Assembly: GCA_038128265.1 (NCBI GenBank)
Contig: JAYPJE010000068.1
Location: 1 to 19,360, forward strand
DNA length: 19,360 nt
Origin: Gemmatimonadota bacterium
Lineage (GTDB): Bacteria; Latescibacterota; UBA2968; UBA8231
Direction: 5' to 3'
Below, piece by piece: positions 16,513 through 19,360 of this stretch (the stretch's first letter is position 1; every line of letters begins with the position of its first letter). The position numbers were made by a program, and so were the translations under genes. The notes below the pieces were generated by a model. It saw nothing but the letters and a program-made list of their open reading frames with translations. It searched no databases and was not told the DNA's origin.

Positions 16513-16641
16513 GTCCCAATGCTGAAACGTTAGCGCGCTTTCACATTCGTTCCCACCGCCGGGCGCTCTTCACACAGCGCTACCCCGCTAAGCGCGGCGC
16601 AGGGGAGATCAGCAGCAACGCACCGCAAAGGGAAGGATATT

Positions 16642-17976
16642 ATGCCCAAACTCCGCATAGCAGTACTCGCAGCGCTCTCTGCGCTGGCTGCAGCAGGAAG
16701 CAGCACCGTCCACGCCGAGGATTTCACGACCGTGGAAGCATTCCAGGCCATGCCGTTGGCCTATCCTAAATTCATGATCGACAATTTGTGGATTCTGATC
16801 TCAGCGGCCTTGGTTTTTATCATGCACCTCGGCTTTGCGACGCTGGAAACCGGCTTAACGCGTCAGAAAAATACCGTCAACATTCTCTTTAAAAATCTCT
16901 TCATCATCTCCGTAGGGATCATTTCTTACGCACTAACTGGCTTCAATACCATGTACCCAGGCGATTTCAATGGCTATCTCGCCATCAAGGGATGGATTGG
17001 CTTTGACGACGACGTCGCCAACCTGACCAACAAATACGCCGACTACACCTACTGGTCCGACTTTATTTTCCAGGCCATGTTTGCCGCCACGGCAGCCACC
17101 ATCGTCTCTGGGGCCGTCGCCGAACGCGTTAAACTTTCCGGTTTTATGCTGTATGCTACGCTGCTCGTGGCCTTTATGTATCCCATCGCCGGTTCCTGGA
17201 AATGGGGCGGCGGCTGGCTCGACCAGATGGGCTTTTACGACTTTGCCGGCTCTTCGCTCGTGCATGCTTTTGGTGGTTTTGCCGCACTGGCCGCCGTGAT
17301 AGTACTCGGTCCGCGCATGGGCAAGTACGTAGACGGGCAGATTCGCCCCATTCTCGGCCACAGCATGCCACTGGCTACCATTGGCGTGTTCCTGCTGTGG
17401 CTGGGCTGGTATGGCTTTAATGGCGGCTCCGTCCTCAGCGCAGATCCCGGACTCGTATCGCTGGTCTTTGTGACAACCACGCTGGCGGCCGCCGCAGGCT
17501 GCTTGGCCGCCATTATCACCTCTTACATCTATTTGAAGAAACCCGACATCACCATGGGTCTGAACGGCATTCTCGCCGGCCTAGTCGGCATCACCGCCGG
17601 TGCCGATACCGTGACGTGGGGCAGCGCGATGCTCATCGGTCTGATTGCCGGTATCATCGTCGTATTCGCCATCGTCATTATCGATCGCATTAAAATCGAT
17701 GATCCCGTTGGCGCCATCTCCGTGCACGGCATCTGCGGCATCTGGGGAACGCTCGCCGTTGGCCTGTTCAGCACCAACCCCGAACACACCTTTAGCACGC
17801 AGCTCATAGGCACGCTGTGCTACGCGGCCTTCGCCTTTGTTATTTCGCTTATCTTAGCCTTCCTTGCGAAAGTCACTCTGGGCTTCCGCGTCGACGAAGA
17901 CGAGGAATATGAAGGCCTCGACCTGAGCGAACACGGTCAGCCGGCCTACGCCGACTTCCAGCACATCAATAACTAA
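16642..17976 (+). CDS. amtB: Ammonium transporter AmtB with an N-terminal signal-peptide-like extension
   Basis: LVFIMHLGF..LE.G..RQKN, FQAMFAAT..TIVSGAVAER, DFAGSSLVH, GWYGFNGGS, DDPVGAISVHG (twin His) and EYEGLDLSEHG; GGAAGGA RBS. Confidence 0.97.
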   Translation: MPKLRIAVLAALSALAAAGSSTVHAEDFTTVEAFQAMPLAYPKFMIDNLWILISAALVFIMHLGFATLETGLTRQKNTVNILFKNLFIISVGIISYALTGFNTMYPGDFNGYLAIKGWIGFDDDVANLTNKYADYTYWSDFIFQAMFAATAATIVSGAVAERVKLSGFMLYATLLVAFMYPIAGSWKWGGGWLDQMGFYDFAGSSLVHAFGGFAALAAVIVLGPRMGKYVDGQIRPILGHSMPLATIGVFLLWLGWYGFNGGSVLSADPGLVSLVFVTTTLAAAAGCLAAIITSYIYLKKPDITMGLNGILAGLVGITAGADTVTWGSAMLIGLIAGIIVVFAIVIIDRIKIDDPVGAISVHGICGIWGTLAVGLFSTNPEHTFSTQLIGTLCYAAFAFVISLILAFLAKVTLGFRVDEDEEYEGLDLSEHGQPAYADFQHINN

Positions 17977-18003
17977 GAGCGCTTGCGACTAGGAGAATAC
18001 GCC

Positions 18004-18342
18004 ATGTTTAAGATAGAAGCATACTTGCGTCCTTCCGCTCTGGAAGGCGTGCAAAAAGCACTGGGAGAAATTGGCATAGTCGGCATGTCGGTCACGGAGA
18101 TACGCGGCTTTGGCCGCCAGCGCGGACATCGCGAAGTCTACCGAGGCGCCGAGTATCGCATCGACTTCGTTCCCAAGATTAAAGTTGAAGTCGTGGTAAA
18201 AGACGGAGACAAAGACGGGGCGATTAACGCCATCGTCGAAGCGTCCAAGTCCGGAAAAGTCGGCGATGGAAAGGTCTTTTCATCGCCCGTGCAGGACGCG
18301 GTGCGCATACGTACTGGCGAAACCGGGGAGAGCGCTCTCTGA
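18004..18342 (+). CDS. glnK: P-II nitrogen regulatory protein (GlnK-type, amtB-linked), 112 aa
   Basis: KIEAYLRP, GFGRQRG.REVYRGAEY (Tyr51), FVPKIKVE, GKVGDGKVF and VRIRTGE; ATG 18004 with an AGGAG RBS. Confidence 0.95.
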   Translation: MFKIEAYLRPSALEGVQKALGEIGIVGMSVTEIRGFGRQRGHREVYRGAEYRIDFVPKIKVEVVVKDGDKDGAINAIVEASKSGKVGDGKVFSSPVQDAVRIRTGETGESAL

Positions 18343-18354
18343 TTCGCCATCACA

Positions 18355-18395
18355 GGTCGGTGCGGCAAGACCACCCTCCCCTTGCCGCGCCGACC
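18355..18395 (+). other. Intercistronic stem-loop
   Basis: 15-bp stem GGTCGGTGCGGCAAG / CTTGCCGCGCCGACC (one G-U on +), 11-nt loop, no adjacent U-tract. Confidence 0.7.
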
Positions 18396-18472
18396 AGCCA
18401 TATCTCAACCCTGTTTTTTTCACAGCCCCGAAGGGCACCTTACCCACCGAACCCTCTAAGGAGAGAGTCAAA

Positions 18473-19108
18473 ATGAAGAAGCTGTTATTATCTTTCGCCC
18501 TCTTAGGCCTTGGCCTAACCGCCGTCCCCGCCACGGCTGACATCGGCCTCGGCGCCGATTTGGTGAACCGCTACGTCTGGCGTGGCTCCGACTTTGGCGA
18601 TGCCGTTTCCGTGCAGCCAAGCATCGCCTACAGCACCGATAGCTTTGAAATAGGAGCCTGGTCTTCTTGGGGTATAACCAGCAACGGTATGAACGAAAAC
18701 GATCTGTATGTCAGCTTTTCCGCAGGTCCAGTGGGCGTCACCATTTCTGACTACTACTTCCCGGGCTATACCGGCAGTGACGGCTTCTTCGACTACGGCA
18801 GCGACGGCGCCCACGTAATCGAGATCATGGGCTCTTTTGAAGCGGGCGACTTGAGCATTGCCGCTGCCGTAAACGTGCTCGGCGATGACGACAACTCGCT
18901 GTGGGTCGAACTCGGTTATGGGCTGGGCGAAGTTGACGAAGCCGAAGTGAGCTTGAGCGCCGGTTTGGGCAACGGAGCCTATACTACGGATGGTGACCCC
19001 ATGGTTGCAGCGGTCGGCATCAACGTCAGCAAGGGCGAGTACTTTGGCTCTTACATAATTAACCCCGATCAGGAAACGTCTTTCCTCGTATTCGGTCGCA
19101 GTTTCTAA
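18473..19108 (+). CDS. Putative outer-membrane beta-barrel/porin (TorF/TIGR02001-like)
   Basis: Signal peptide MKKLLLSFALLGLGLTAVPATA; ADLVNRYVWRG, VQPSI, GAWSS and ENDLYV; alternating beta pattern; terminal Phe; AAGGAG RBS. Confidence 0.75.
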   Translation: MKKLLLSFALLGLGLTAVPATADIGLGADLVNRYVWRGSDFGDAVSVQPSIAYSTDSFEIGAWSSWGITSNGMNENDLYVSFSAGPVGVTISDYYFPGYTGSDGFFDYGSDGAHVIEIMGSFEAGDLSIAAAVNVLGDDDNSLWVELGYGLGEVDEAEVSLSAGLGNGAYTTDGDPMVAAVGINVSKGEYFGSYIINPDQETSFLVFGRSF

Positions 19109-19175
19109 ACAAGCTGCATGGACCCGACTCTCCCGATTTATGTGTAAAGGTGGGTAGAGGAGAGCGCGTCCGATC

Positions 19176-19209
19176 GCGCGCGGCGCACTGCGGGGAGTGC
19201 GTCGCGCGC
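19176..19209 (+). other. GC-rich hairpin downstream of the porin gene
   Basis: 14-bp stem GCGCGCGGCGCACT / AGTGCGTCGCGCGC (one G-U), 6-nt loop. Confidence 0.6.
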
Positions 19210-19243
19210 ACTGGAATAACCCACCGCCCCCCGCAGACACCGC

Positions 19244-19337
19244 AAAACGCCGTTTAGCAGCTGTCTCGATTTGCTCAGCGCCGCGGGCTTGCCCCCCGCT
19301 CGACGAGCGAATGGGGCACTGCCAAACGGCGTTTTTT
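19244..19337. repeat. Long imperfect inverted repeat (terminator-like or REP/MITE-like)
   Basis: 17-nt arms AAAACGCCGTTTAGCAG (19244-60) and CTGCCAAACGGCGTTTT (19319-35) with 1 mismatch, further internal pairing, and a T6 run at the end. Confidence 0.55.
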
Positions 19338-19360
19338 CAATGTTGCAGTGCCGTGCGCAG

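Noticed and set aside
16545..16625. Glutamine (glnA) riboswitch in the amtB leader (CGTT...CAACGC ends)
   Set aside because: The conserved GGAAGUA/GAA E-loop core is missing.
18266..18472. Long N-terminal extension of the porin ORF, and the TTG start at 17983 for glnK
   Set aside because: The porin extension overlaps glnK and a hairpin. Downstream ATGs (18473 and 18004) have strong RBSs and give a proper signal peptide and the canonical 112-aa P-II.
19244..19337. SRP (4.5S) RNA, tRNA or CRISPR repeat
   Set aside because: No SRP CAGG/GNRA/AGCA domain, no cloverleaf, and no repeat-spacer periodicity.

Overview
GC-rich chromosomal window from a diderm bacterium, with no mobile element, CRISPR array or tRNA/rRNA seen. 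The futalosine pathway, the short 'KFISYAVWWI'-type sigma factor and the outer-membrane porin suggest an FCB-group lineage such as Latescibacterota or Gemmatimonadota; this is inference only. Contents from left to right: (1) minus-strand futalosine menaquinone genes menG/ubiE, mqnE, mqnC, mqnA, mqnP and a partial ubiX; (2) a soluble PAS histidine kinase and an NtrC-family regulator, followed by a consensus-spaced sigma54 promoter upstream of a PTS EIIA gene and a short RpoD/RpoS-like sigma factor, with three RTGCA-W5-TGCAY palindromes, forming a candidate sigma54-to-sigma70 cascade; (3) an O-antigen-ligase/TPR membrane protein; (4) a J-domain protein and a LOG-family enzyme; (5) a two-gene unit encoding a UVR-motif protein and an orphan full-length FliG; (6) a NifA-like GAF-AAA+-HTH activator without nif genes, next to a sigma54-driven amtB-glnK-porin operon, with the same pair of ACA-N4-TGT boxes spaced 32 bp apart in both promoter regions; (7) stacked hairpins at the right end. 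All calls come from reading motifs by eye; no searches were run.
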